From an uncultured Planctomycetia bacterium (lineage in GTDB: Bacteria; Omnitrophota; Gorgyraeia; Duberdicusellales; 4484-171), in NCBI GenBank assembly GCA_964489445.1, contig CAZAYU010000005.1:4799-68798 (forward strand): a stretch of 64,000 nt of DNA, read 5' to 3'. Both the position numbers and the translations under genes were made by a program. The notes beneath the pieces were generated by a model, which saw nothing but the letters and a program-made list of their open reading frames with translations, searched no databases and had not been told where the DNA came from. Below, piece by piece: positions 49,823 through 59,654 of the stretch (positions are counted from its first letter, which is position 1; each line of letters opens with the position of its first letter).

Positions 49823-52169
49823 TTATTTTTTCAAGCTGTGCTTTAGCTATCTCCGCCATCTGGTTTTCCGGATAATCTTTTAATATTTCCTGATAAGCAT
49901 AAAGTGCTTTTTCCTTTTGGTTTAGCTCTGCAAAAATTTTTCCGGCATTATTAAGAGCTAAGGGAACGTACTTCTGGTCATCATACAAAACAGCAATAAG
50001 CATATAGAGTTTTGCGGCTTTACTTTTATTACCCTGCAAACACTCTATCCCTGCTATTTCATAGCGTGAACGCATAGCAATAGTATGGTCATTAGGACTT
50101 TCAGTGATTGCCAATTCAAACTCCCGCTTTGCTTTATTATCTTGTTTTACTGCTTTAAGGCATAGCCCTTTACCAATACGTGACGCAGGCACAAATCGTT
50201 TATTTTTATCAGGTCCAGCCAAAACTAAGTCATAATACTCAATAGCTTTTTGATAGTTGCCCAGCCCCCTGTTGATTTCGCCTTTCAGATATGAAATTTC
50301 TGCTAAATGCTGAGAAATTTCTGCTTTTTTATCAATTTTTTCACTAATTTCTAAAGCTTCTTGGAACTCTTCAGCATCTAAGTAATATTGAATTAGCCAA
50401 AAATAAGTTTCTACGCCTATGTCTCTCTCTTTAAAATCATCTATTATCTTTTGAAATATTTGTACAGTCTTTTTCTCTTTACCTTTTTTTAAATAAATAA
50501 AAGCAGAATTTTTTAATGATAGATAAAGGATATCTCTTCCGCTATTACTAGAGCTAACTGCTCTTTTATAGTATTTTAAGGCCCTGTCGTACTCTTCTAT
50601 CAACTGCAAATTATAGGCAAGCAGAAAATAAGCTTCGGGAAGTTTAAGGCTTTTATCACGTAGATTTATAAATTGAATAAATAATTCTATTGCTTTTTTT
50701 CTTTGATCTAAATCAGAATAAAAAACTCCCAGCTGAAAAAGTATATCTTCTCGCACTTTTCCTTCGCTGAACTCTCGGAGATACTCTTCGCTATGCTCTA
50801 TTGCCCTTTTAATGAGTTTGTGTTTTTTTTCAATAATAATGACGTTATACAGTGCATCCTGTCTCTTTTCGTTATTTTTTCCCTGCTGAAAATACTTAAA
50901 AAATGATTTTCGCGCTTCTTCATCTTTCTTCATTGAAAGCCAGCAATACGCTAGGCTATACAGCGACTCATCACTGAATTTGGAATCTGAGAATTTATCC
51001 TCAATCTCCCGATAATGATTGTAAGCAATTCCAAATTTACCCAACTCATAATATGCTTCTGCGGTAATAAATAGTGCCTCGGGAGAATTATTAATATTCT
51101 CTTTAAAATATTCCTCAACTATCTTAATTGCAGCTTGATAGTCTTTACTACTTAACAAAATATTTGCTTTTTGAAAAAATACCTCATCTCGATATTCTTG
51201 ATCGAGTTCAGTTCTAGACAGCAGTTTATCCAAGATGCTGGCAGCCTCTTTAAAACGAAAAAGCTCTTGATAGGACGAAGAAACTATTTTATAAATATCA
51301 GAAAAATCATCCTGACTATTGATTGCCTTGGCATTCCTTTCATATTCCTCTATTACTTTTTCATATTCTTTAAGATTGTAGAAGGCGTTAACGAGATAGG
51401 TAAGCGAATATCGATATATCTCGTCTTTCTTAGGTGTATTTATAATTTCCCGGAAAACAACGATTGCTTGTCTATTGCGTTTATTAAAAAACTCCATCTG
51501 TCCTTTTTCGAATAGTATCAAACGCTTTAGATTTTCCGTATCAGCACTTTCATAAGCTTTCTGATAATACGCATAAGCTTCCGAAAACATTTGCCCAGAT
51601 GATGAAATCTTAGCTGCCTCTAAAAAAGATAGTGCTTTGAATTTTTTCGCAGTTTTTATCTCACCAGCTTTAACGAATACTGCTAAAGCTTTTTGTTCTT
51701 TTCCTTGTTTCTTGAAGACCAGACCTTTATAATGAAGCAACCCTTGCCTTACATTATCATTAGTCACACTTGAAATAAGATCAAGCGCCACAAGAGTTTC
51801 ATCTAAACGATCTAGCTTAAAATACGATTGAGCTATTCGCAATTGCGCAGCAGATACTTCTTTACTATCCAAATAGTTTTTAATAAAATTCTGATAATTG
51901 GATAGAGCTTTCTCGTACATTCTTAAATAGAAAAAACTCTCCGCCAAGCCAAAACAGGCTTCTTCCAAATATTCGCTATCTGGAAAACTTCGGATAAAAG
52001 ACTGATATTCTTCTTTGGCCATATCATAAAAACCTCTTTGTAGGAGACCGTTAGCAAAATCAATCTGTTCTAGTTGTTTTGAATCTTCAGCAAATAAAAG
52101 GGAAGAGGAAAAACAGGCAAACAGAATAAAAAGCAGGAAAAGAATATTTTGCGAACGCATTATCCTCAT
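49812..52169 (-). CDS. Large secreted tetratricopeptide-repeat protein, 785 aa.
   Basis: Signal peptide followed by 15 or more TPR-like helical repeats. Confidence 0.75.
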   Translation of the reverse strand: MRIMRSQNILFLLFILFACFSSSLLFAEDSKQLEQIDFANGLLQRGFYDMAKEEYQSFIRSFPDSEYLEEACFGLAESFFYLRMYEKALSNYQNFIKNYLDSKEVSAAQLRIAQSYFKLDRLDETLVALDLISSVTNDNVRQGLLHYKGLVFKKQGKEQKALAVFVKAGEIKTAKKFKALSFLEAAKISSSGQMFSEAYAYYQKAYESADTENLKRLILFEKGQMEFFNKRNRQAIVVFREIINTPKKDEIYRYSLTYLVNAFYNLKEYEKVIEEYERNAKAINSQDDFSDIYKIVSSSYQELFRFKEAASILDKLLSRTELDQEYRDEVFFQKANILLSSKDYQAAIKIVEEYFKENINNSPEALFITAEAYYELGKFGIAYNHYREIEDKFSDSKFSDESLYSLAYCWLSMKKDEEARKSFFKYFQQGKNNEKRQDALYNVIIIEKKHKLIKRAIEHSEEYLREFSEGKVREDILFQLGVFYSDLDQRKKAIELFIQFINLRDKSLKLPEAYFLLAYNLQLIEEYDRALKYYKRAVSSSNSGRDILYLSLKNSAFIYLKKGKEKKTVQIFQKIIDDFKERDIGVETYFWLIQYYLDAEEFQEALEISEKIDKKAEISQHLAEISYLKGEINRGLGNYQKAIEYYDLVLAGPDKNKRFVPASRIGKGLCLKAVKQDNKAKREFELAITESPNDHTIAMRSRYEIAGIECLQGNKSKAAKLYMLIAVLYDDQKYVPLALNNAGKIFAELNQKEKALYAYQEILKDYPENQMAEIAKAQLEKINAD

Positions 52170-52175
52170 CTATGG

Positions 52176-52595
52176 TTACTCTTCTTTTATTGTCGAAAAA
52201 GCTACATTCCATATATCCGCGGCCGCACAAGCATCAAGAACGCTTACCACGTTTTTATGATAAGTCTTCTCGTCAGCTCTTATAATTACCGGCTGGTTAG
52301 GAAAAAGCTCGGCTATCTCCATAAGCATTACTTTTAACTCTTCCTTATCAAGCTTTTTCCCGTTAACCACTACTTTTCCGCTTCTATCAATATTAACTAT
52401 CACCTCGCCAGGACTGCGAACAGCTTCTTTAGATTCTTTAGACTTAGGAACGCTTATGTTTAGTTCTGATTCAAGCTGGCTAAACACCGAAAGAGCCATA
52501 AAAAAAACAAGAGTAAGAAAAACTATATCGACAAGTGGAGCCATTTGAACTAGTGGCCCTCTTTTAAAGTGCTCCGGAATATCGTATTTAAACAT
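52176..52595 (-). CDS. exbD: ExbD/TolR-family biopolymer transport protein.
   Basis: Single N-terminal TM (VDIVFLTLVFFMA) plus periplasmic domain, in an ExbD-length 139-aa protein. Confidence 0.85.
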   Translation of the reverse strand: MFKYDIPEHFKRGPLVQMAPLVDIVFLTLVFFMALSVFSQLESELNISVPKSKESKEAVRSPGEVIVNIDRSGKVVVNGKKLDKEELKVMLMEIAELFPNQPVIIRADEKTYHKNVVSVLDACAAADIWNVAFSTIKEE

Positions 52596-52599
52596 TCTC

Positions 52600-53415
52600 C
52601 TACCTTTTTGAGTTTGTTTTTTCTTCTAAAATTTTAATAATATCAGTGCTATAGTTTTCAATAACACCAGATACATCCTGTATCTTACCCTTAAAATAAG
52701 TATAAAAAATCATAGCCGGAATAGCCACAATAAGACCAGCAGCAGTAGTTACCATCGCCTGTGAGACTCCGCCAGCAATAAGAATCGGCTTGACAACTGC
52801 GCTTTGAAAAGCAATAGCGTTAAACGCTCTGATCATCCCTAAAACTGTCCCCAACAAACCAATAAGCGGAGATATGCTGGCAATATCGGCTAAATACCCA
52901 ACATTCTTCCAAAGACTCCCTATCTCTACTCGCAACACACCCTCCATAGACTCCCGAATTAAATGAGCTCCTTTTGACTGTTTTTCAAGGCCAATGTCGG
53001 TAATTTTAGCAATAATATTTGTTTTGCTGCTACACATTTTTCTAGCTGACTTACTCTTCCCTGTCTCCAGATTCTTTATGATTTTTTCAGCAAACGGCTT
53101 TGGACATAGTTTATCACTGTTTAGCGTTAAGAAATTATACGTAATTACCGCAACTGTAAACACAGAAAGCAAGAACAAGACAACCATCACGAATCCTCCG
53201 GCCTTAAGCATTTGCCAGAGAGTCATCCCCTGTCTGGTTTCTTCCACAGACTTAATATATGTTTTAACATTAGAGTTTGTGTCCTTACTAGCTAAAGCAA
53301 GGGAAAAAAACGAAACACAAAATAATATAAGAACCATAATAATATATCTTTTTTTCATTAAAAGACTCCTTTTTTTATAATTTTTAGTACTTATCTCTTT
53401 GCATGCTAGTTGCAC
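52600..53415 (-). CDS. exbB: MotA/TolQ/ExbB proton-channel family protein with an N-terminal signal sequence.
   Basis: Conserved TM2-TM3 region (GLLGTVLGMIRAF...AGGVSQAMVTTAAGLIVAIP). Translationally coupled to exbD. Confidence 0.8.
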   Translation of the reverse strand: MQLACKEISTKNYKKRSLLMKKRYIIMVLILFCVSFFSLALASKDTNSNVKTYIKSVEETRQGMTLWQMLKAGGFVMVVLFLLSVFTVAVITYNFLTLNSDKLCPKPFAEKIIKNLETGKSKSARKMCSSKTNIIAKITDIGLEKQSKGAHLIRESMEGVLRVEIGSLWKNVGYLADIASISPLIGLLGTVLGMIRAFNAIAFQSAVVKPILIAGGVSQAMVTTAAGLIVAIPAMIFYTYFKGKIQDVSGVIENYSTDIIKILEEKTNSKR

Positions 53416-53465
53416 TGAAAACTATTTTAACTCCTTTAAATTAATTACACAAGGCTGTTTTTATC

Positions 53466-54080
53466 TTAATGTAAAGACTCCCTTTCGTCTTTTAACTTTT
53501 GCAAGCGGCTGATTTCAAAATTAATCTGCTTCCTAATATGCTTAAAAGGATAGTCTATTAAATCTAGGGCTTTACAGTAAGCAACAACCGCTAAATTAAT
53601 ATCTCCTAGATTTTCATAAACATTAGCAATATTTTCGTAAGTAACCGCTCGATCAGAATTAATTTCTAATGCTTTTTCCAAAAACACCAACGCTTCTCTA
53701 TGTTGACCAAGCTTATTTAGGAACCAACCCTTATTATGATAGACCGTATCATAACCGGGCTCAACCTCAATGCCTTTGTTAAAATACTTCATCGGCCCCT
53801 CAATAATTCCTAATTCAATCATGCACAATGCCCGGTCATTATACGCTGCTGCGTCTTTTGGGTTGTACTTTATCGCTTTGTCTAAATACTCAATTGCCTT
53901 TTCAAAACATTCATTGATTATCTCTTTTTGAGCATAAAAAAACATCTGTTCACTCAAGATTTCCTTTTCTTTTGCCATCTTTAGCCCCTGAGATATTAGC
54001 CGTCTAGCAGCTTTTAAATCATTAAATGTGATCGCCGAGTCAACAAGACACCTTAATTGCGTGAAATCCGGATGGTTCAT
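53466..54080 (-). CDS. Tetratricopeptide-repeat protein, 204 aa.
   Basis: Four to five TPR motifs (AAYNDRALC..., YHNKGWFLNKLGQHREAL...). Confidence 0.7.
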   Translation of the reverse strand: MNHPDFTQLRCLVDSAITFNDLKAARRLISQGLKMAKEKEILSEQMFFYAQKEIINECFEKAIEYLDKAIKYNPKDAAAYNDRALCMIELGIIEGPMKYFNKGIEVEPGYDTVYHNKGWFLNKLGQHREALVFLEKALEINSDRAVTYENIANVYENLGDINLAVVAYCKALDLIDYPFKHIRKQINFEISRLQKLKDERESLH

Positions 54081-54328
54081 TTATCCCTTTGTTTAAGTGG
54101 CTCCAATAAATATTCTAGACCATTTATTTTAATCTCATAAACAGACTCAATCATCTCTCCCAGGCTGTCTTTGGGAAACCCTTTTCGCGCAAACCAAACA
54201 ATATAATCTTCCGGTAAATCAATCAATAACCGGCCTTTATATTTTCCAAAAGGCATTTTAGTCATTACTAACTCAGACAAATTATCTTGAGAAGTTTTCT
54301 CTTCTCTATAAAATCTGTTGTTGTTCAT
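54077..54328 (-). CDS. DUF3820-like small protein.
   Basis: MPFGKYKGRLLIDLPEDYIVWFARKGFPK motif. The 4-bp overlap with the downstream TPR gene indicates translational coupling. Confidence 0.4.
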   Translation of the reverse strand: MNNNRFYREEKTSQDNLSELVMTKMPFGKYKGRLLIDLPEDYIVWFARKGFPKDSLGEMIESVYEIKINGLEYLLEPLKQRDK

Positions 54329-54407
54329 CTATCTATTATTTTTTTTCAGAGCATAAGACAGTACTGGCTAATTCGCTTGTACACGAGAATTGCAGTATTT
54401 TTAGGAG

Positions 54408-55691
54408 CTATTTTCTGAATTTTGCAACAGCCATGCTCTTTACTTTTTTCGCCTGAATAAGCGCATTATCAGCACAATCCACTAGCACATCAGCATCCCT
54501 GGAATCGTCAGGAAAAGATGATAGTCCGGTACTAAATTTTATTTTTATATGAATACTTTCTCTTGCATAAGAAGAAGCTACTTTTGTCTGAAGTAGCTTT
54601 GATTTTACACGCTCTAAAACACAATTCGTTTGTTCTATTGATGACTCGGGAAAAATTATTACAAACGCATCCCCTCCATATCGACCCATGGTATCTTCTT
54701 CTCTTGTGGTGTTTTTTATAGTTTGAGCCACACTTTTTAGAATATCATTTCCTACAAGATACCCATAGCAACTATTTAATTGCTTAAAATTATCTATGTC
54801 TAGAATAACAATGGTTACATTTCTTTGGTAACGTATACTGCGCCTTAATTCCTTCTTTAAAGAAAACATTATAAATTTAAAATTTAAACAATCTGTGATG
54901 TTGTCAAATCCGGCTAATTGCTCTAATTTCTTTCTTAAGCTTTGTTCAACGCTGGAAAAACATCCGAAAATACCCCCTGCTAAAAAATACACAGATAGCC
55001 TCAAAACAGTTCCTTTAACTACAGCCTCCCTTGCCATCCAGGAAGTAAATAAGCTACTCTCCCCAAAAAATATTATTGATGCAATAGAGGCAGCAACAAT
55101 GCCTCCACTTACGCCAAACCAAAACCCGGATAAGGATATAAGGACTACATAGATATAGCCCAAAGAAATACCAAATTCTTTCATTAGAAGTCTGGCAACA
55201 ACAAGGCATATAAAGCCAATACAAACAACAGCAAAGCGAAAACTTCGAAAAGAATAAACAGTGGCAACTTTTATTTTGGTAATTTTAAGGAAAGCAAAAA
55301 GTTTATCTTTCCATCCTGTAGTACCGCTTATAATTAGATGCTGCTTTGCCTCATTAAATGTTTTATAAATTTGTATTTTTACATTTTTAGAATAATGAAA
55401 AGTAGACATTATGCCAAAACCAATATCCTTACTCGAATCAGGAATAATGCGAATGATTCTTGATACCCCACGAGAATTGCATGCCTTCATTATCTTTTCA
55501 ATATAAGGGGCCGCGTTAATATCCATTGTATCTAAACCGGATAAATCTGTTAAGATACGAAAACCTTTTCTTAAATTTGGCAGCATATTTTCAAGTTCTT
55601 TATATAGCTTTTGACTCTGATGGGCATCAAAATCTCCCCAAAAGGAAACCATTAGAATATCATTCTTTTTATCAAATTTTACCGAAAACAT
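54408..55691 (-). CDS. Membrane GGDEF-domain protein with an N-terminal STAS-like cytoplasmic domain; the signature motif is degenerate (GGDAF).
   Basis: C-terminal diguanylate-cyclase fold with RYGGDAFVIIF, that is E to A at the fourth signature position. A central four-TM region and an N-terminal anti-sigma-antagonist-like domain are also present. Confidence 0.7.
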   Translation of the reverse strand: MFSVKFDKKNDILMVSFWGDFDAHQSQKLYKELENMLPNLRKGFRILTDLSGLDTMDINAAPYIEKIMKACNSRGVSRIIRIIPDSSKDIGFGIMSTFHYSKNVKIQIYKTFNEAKQHLIISGTTGWKDKLFAFLKITKIKVATVYSFRSFRFAVVCIGFICLVVARLLMKEFGISLGYIYVVLISLSGFWFGVSGGIVAASIASIIFFGESSLFTSWMAREAVVKGTVLRLSVYFLAGGIFGCFSSVEQSLRKKLEQLAGFDNITDCLNFKFIMFSLKKELRRSIRYQRNVTIVILDIDNFKQLNSCYGYLVGNDILKSVAQTIKNTTREEDTMGRYGGDAFVIIFPESSIEQTNCVLERVKSKLLQTKVASSYARESIHIKIKFSTGLSSFPDDSRDADVLVDCADNALIQAKKVKSMAVAKFRK

Positions 55692-55722
55692 ATTTGCTCT
55701 TGTTTTTTAAAGTTTCCCCTAA

Positions 55723-56544
55723 TCAAATAATCTCGCCTCGATAAGAAATCGTATGAACTTCGATAGGTATACTTTTCCCTGATTTCTTAAGCGCTGCCTC
55801 AGCTAACTTTAACGTTGCGCTGCAACAAGGAACTTCCATTTTTACTACAGTAACTGACTTTATATTATTGTCCCGAATAATAGATGTGAGTTTTTCTAGA
55901 TAAGCATCCATTGTCGCATCTAGTTTTGGGCAAAACATTATCAATGTTTTTCCTTTCAAGAACCGCCTATGAAAATCAGCATAAGCAAACGGAACACAAT
56001 CTGCAGCCACCAGTAGCTCGCAATTTTGAAAGTAAGACGCAGTGGAGCTTAAAAGCTGTAACTGCGTCGGCCACTGACGTAATTCTGACTTCACTGTTCC
56101 TTCGCAGGCTGAATTACTTTCCAGTGCCGGATCATCCCTAAAGTCATGTTCCATTGTTCCTGGGCAACCACAGGCAAGAGAAGCCTCACTACTGTCATCT
56201 ACATCAATATTATTTGCCTTTAAGCATCTTATGGCTATTTCTAAGTATTCCTCTTGCTTATGTTTTCTTAAATGTTTTAGGTGGACATCTATCGCGCCCT
56301 TTCCAAGCTTAATAATATTCTTCATAGCTTCCTTTTCATTATAGGCTTGGACTTCAGATTCCTCAATGGTAATTGCACCTTCAGGGCAATTTCCAATACA
56401 TTCGCCCAACCCATCACACAGCAATTCTCCAACAAGCTGGGCCTTGCCGTTAATTATCTTTAACGCTCCTTCCGGGCAATTCGGAATGCAAAGTCCGCAT
56501 CCATTACATTTTTGTTCGTCAATTTTAATTATTTTTCTTTTCAT
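55723..56544 (-). CDS. 4Fe-4S dicluster ferredoxin-domain protein with a Cys-rich C-terminal domain.
   Basis: CNGCGLCIPNCP and CDGLGECIGNCP, plus C-terminal CGCPG, ADCVP and VPCC motifs. Confidence 0.65.
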   Translation of the reverse strand: MKRKIIKIDEQKCNGCGLCIPNCPEGALKIINGKAQLVGELLCDGLGECIGNCPEGAITIEESEVQAYNEKEAMKNIIKLGKGAIDVHLKHLRKHKQEEYLEIAIRCLKANNIDVDDSSEASLACGCPGTMEHDFRDDPALESNSACEGTVKSELRQWPTQLQLLSSTASYFQNCELLVAADCVPFAYADFHRRFLKGKTLIMFCPKLDATMDAYLEKLTSIIRDNNIKSVTVVKMEVPCCSATLKLAEAALKKSGKSIPIEVHTISYRGEII

Positions 56545-56643
56545 GCTCCTCCATTTTCATACTTATCTATCTCTAAATATACGTAACCATTTTTCCGCAC
56601 TAACTTTTTAAATTTAATTGTAGTTTTCCGAATCTTGCTCCCG

Positions 56644-58026
56644 CTAACATTCTCCGACAGAGTCTCTTTCTTTTTTGATTGATTTGCGAAAAAATATCCA
56701 CCAAACAACAGTCCACGCTAAAACCGCCCCTAAACTAATAAAAAATACAACTCTTGGGCCAGAGATAATAACTAGGGGCACAGCTATTGAAGTCCATATT
56801 CCTCCTCCCAAGAAAGGCTCATGGAGAAGCTGCTTATACCCAAAAGCGTAATACGCCGGGGTTTCACTGTCAGGGTCAACAACCCTCAGTAACAAAATAC
56901 CAGTTGCAGTTACTCCCATCGATTGACCCAACTCAACGATAGCCCTTTCAAACCAGGCATCAGGAAGAAAACGTCTTGCCAGATAAACCACACAAAAAAC
57001 ATTCCAAAGAATAGCAGCAATAATAATAATGCTAAACGGTAAGATTAACTTCATTATCACCGGTAAATTGATCATCGCAATTGCCGCCACCACCAAAAAG
57101 TCTAAAGCAGCTCCGGAAATTCTCTGGATAAGCATCCGGTCAATAACATCTCTTTTTATGATCCGGGAAAAAAATAATTCAATAATAACCCCGCCAACCA
57201 TACAAAGAGGAAAAACCGGAAAAGCTTGAAGAATTTTTTTTTCAGCTAACAAAGGGAAAAAAGGCTCCATATTAACCAGTAAGCACTTAAGAAAGTAACC
57301 GACAAAAACAGCCAAGCCAATAATTGCTATATGAAAACTCAAACTATCTAGAGAACTAGGCAAAACAGTTTGATATCCAGCCGGTGGCCGCTGATCAACC
57401 TTATAGATACCATCTAGATTTTTACCGGATGAATATTCTTCCTTCTTTAATTTCTGAGTAAAATTGTTACGCACTGCCCAGTTAATTAGAACCATTCCCA
57501 CTACAATAGCAGAAATAATACCAGCAGTAGCTGCAGCCAAGCTATAATCAACGCCCTGGGGCCAACCGAGTAAATCAAATGTTGCTTTCAGGCCCGCGGC
57601 AGTTCCGTGACCTCCTTCAAACCCAACTGGAATTATTACCCCAAAAAAAGACGGAACTAAAAATAACGGAGTTAAGATCAACATCGTAACCCCTAAGCCA
57701 ACAACATATTGCCCCCAGGCAACAATTTGTCCATAAGCGAGCTGCGGTCCGGCTTTTTTCCATATTGTAGGAACCGAAGGAATATTTACTCCCAGAAAAA
57801 GCGCAGCAAAGACAATATTGATTAAAAAACCCGGAAGCTTACTCCAGCCAGCAGTACAGCTTGAAGGAATAAAGCCACTGGAGGTTTGTAGAATTAGCAA
57901 CCCTAAAAGACCACCGATAACAGCAGCCGGAAGATAAAGCCTTCTAAGGAACCCAACTTTAACCCGCAACGCTTTTCCGGCAAGCAAAAGTATACACAAT
58001 GAAGAAAAAGAAAGTATTATTTCCAT
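56644..58026 (-). CDS. gltS: Sodium/glutamate symporter (GltS / ESS family).
   Basis: GFEGGHGTAAG matches the GltS GGHGTGAA reentrant-loop motif. Polytopic, with N-terminal similarity to GltS. Confidence 0.65.
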   Translation of the reverse strand: MEIILSFSSLCILLLAGKALRVKVGFLRRLYLPAAVIGGLLGLLILQTSSGFIPSSCTAGWSKLPGFLINIVFAALFLGVNIPSVPTIWKKAGPQLAYGQIVAWGQYVVGLGVTMLILTPLFLVPSFFGVIIPVGFEGGHGTAAGLKATFDLLGWPQGVDYSLAAATAGIISAIVVGMVLINWAVRNNFTQKLKKEEYSSGKNLDGIYKVDQRPPAGYQTVLPSSLDSLSFHIAIIGLAVFVGYFLKCLLVNMEPFFPLLAEKKILQAFPVFPLCMVGGVIIELFFSRIIKRDVIDRMLIQRISGAALDFLVVAAIAMINLPVIMKLILPFSIIIIAAILWNVFCVVYLARRFLPDAWFERAIVELGQSMGVTATGILLLRVVDPDSETPAYYAFGYKQLLHEPFLGGGIWTSIAVPLVIISGPRVVFFISLGAVLAWTVVWWIFFRKSIKKERDSVGEC

Positions 58027-58208
58027 TCAATTAAAGCTTATAGATAGTTTTTTTACTCTCCAACACACAACATTTAATACATATTATAGCACATAAATGC
58101 TTCCAACCGGAAAGGTTCATTAAGGTAAGCGCAAATAAGCCTTGAACCTCTTTATTCCTAACGGTATACTTTAAGCTAATAATATTTAAAAATCAATACA
58201 TCTAAATT

Positions 58209-59618
58209 ATGCGCAAGGAAAGACTACGTAAAACTAACACTCAAATAACCGATGGCGGTTTAAAATCTTCCTTCTGGAAATTAGCAATACCGATGATAAT
58301 CGGAGCCTTACTCCAAGATCTCTTTACTTTTGTTGATCTTTTATTTATCGGAAGGTTAGGGTCCACTCAGCTAGCCGCTTTATCTATCGCCGGAGCAATC
58401 TTGGCAATTATTCTAATGGCAGCAATGGGCATTTCTTCCGGAACCACAGCATTAATTTCTCACTTTATTGGAAAGAAAGATTACGATTCAGCTGATAATG
58501 TACTCTTCCAAACAATTATTATTAGCATTGTCTGCTCAGTACTAATGGCTTTAGTGGGAATTTTCGGTACTACCGGCTTGTTAAAAGTGTTTGGCGCTCC
58601 AGAAAATATAATCCCGGCCGCTTCTGAATATTTAAAAATAAACTTTATCTGGTCAATAGTTATCTTTCTTTCACTTGCTTTCAATCAGGCCTTGCGCGGT
58701 TCCGGTGATACTCAAATGCCGCTAAAAGTATTGGTGATCGCAAATGTAATTAATATTATCCTAGACCCTCTATTTATCTTCGGCTGGGGCATATTTCCCA
58801 GAATGGAAATTGCCGGATCTGCAACAGCAACCATTATTAGCAGAAGCATTGCAATAATAATTTTACTTAACCACTTTATCTGTGGACACTCAACCCTGCA
58901 CTTCAGAAAAAAAGCTTTTAAAATTAATTTTGTTACTATTGGGCGAATGCTAAAAATTGGCTTTTTCGCTTCTCTAGAAGTGCTTCTCCGCCAAATATCA
59001 TTACTTTTGCTAATGAGGCTAGTAGCCTCTTTTGGCATAGCCTGTATTGCTGCTTACGGTATAGCAATTCGATTAAGAATGGCAATTATGATGTTTGGCT
59101 TTGGAATGGGAATAGCTGCTTCGATATTAATTGGCCAAAACATGGGAGCCGGACAACCCAGACGAGCTGAAAAATCCGGATGGAAGGCTTTGCAATACTA
59201 CGAATTCATGGTTATTCCCTTAGCCATAATATTTTTTATATTTGCGCCAAGAATAATCAGCATTTTTAGCAACGAAGCTGAAGTAATAAAAATCGGAAGC
59301 AGCCTTTTAAGATTTGTTGCCTTAACTATGCCTTTTTTGGCCTCACCTCTTGTTTTAGGTCGAGGAATCAGCGGTGCCGGAGACACTATTGCCCCGGCAA
59401 TAATGACTGGCATTTTTCAACTTGGCGTACGTATTATTCTTGCTTACAGCTTGGTGCTCGTATTTCGGTTAGGGTACATTGGTATCTGGATGGGAATTAA
59501 CGCTTCCGACATCTGCCAAGGCTTAGTAATGGTTTGGTATTATAAGCGTGGCTTCTGGCAAAAACAATACCTCAAACACCGTAACATACTTGATCAAGAA
59601 GATAGTATGTTGGCTTAA
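58209..59618 (+). CDS. MATE-family efflux transporter.
   Basis: Twelve-TM protein with MATE motifs. It is one of only four substantial plus-strand genes in the window. Confidence 0.85.
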   Translation: MRKERLRKTNTQITDGGLKSSFWKLAIPMIIGALLQDLFTFVDLLFIGRLGSTQLAALSIAGAILAIILMAAMGISSGTTALISHFIGKKDYDSADNVLFQTIIISIVCSVLMALVGIFGTTGLLKVFGAPENIIPAASEYLKINFIWSIVIFLSLAFNQALRGSGDTQMPLKVLVIANVINIILDPLFIFGWGIFPRMEIAGSATATIISRSIAIIILLNHFICGHSTLHFRKKAFKINFVTIGRMLKIGFFASLEVLLRQISLLLLMRLVASFGIACIAAYGIAIRLRMAIMMFGFGMGIAASILIGQNMGAGQPRRAEKSGWKALQYYEFMVIPLAIIFFIFAPRIISIFSNEAEVIKIGSSLLRFVALTMPFLASPLVLGRGISGAGDTIAPAIMTGIFQLGVRIILAYSLVLVFRLGYIGIWMGINASDICQGLVMVWYYKRGFWQKQYLKHRNILDQEDSMLA

Positions 59619-59654
59619 GAAATATTTTTTTTATTACTGCTTAATTAGATTTAC

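Noticed and set aside
56366-56611. Plus-strand ORFs within and upstream of the ferredoxin gene.
   Set aside because: They are antisense to a gene with unambiguous 4Fe-4S CxxCxxCxxxCP motifs.
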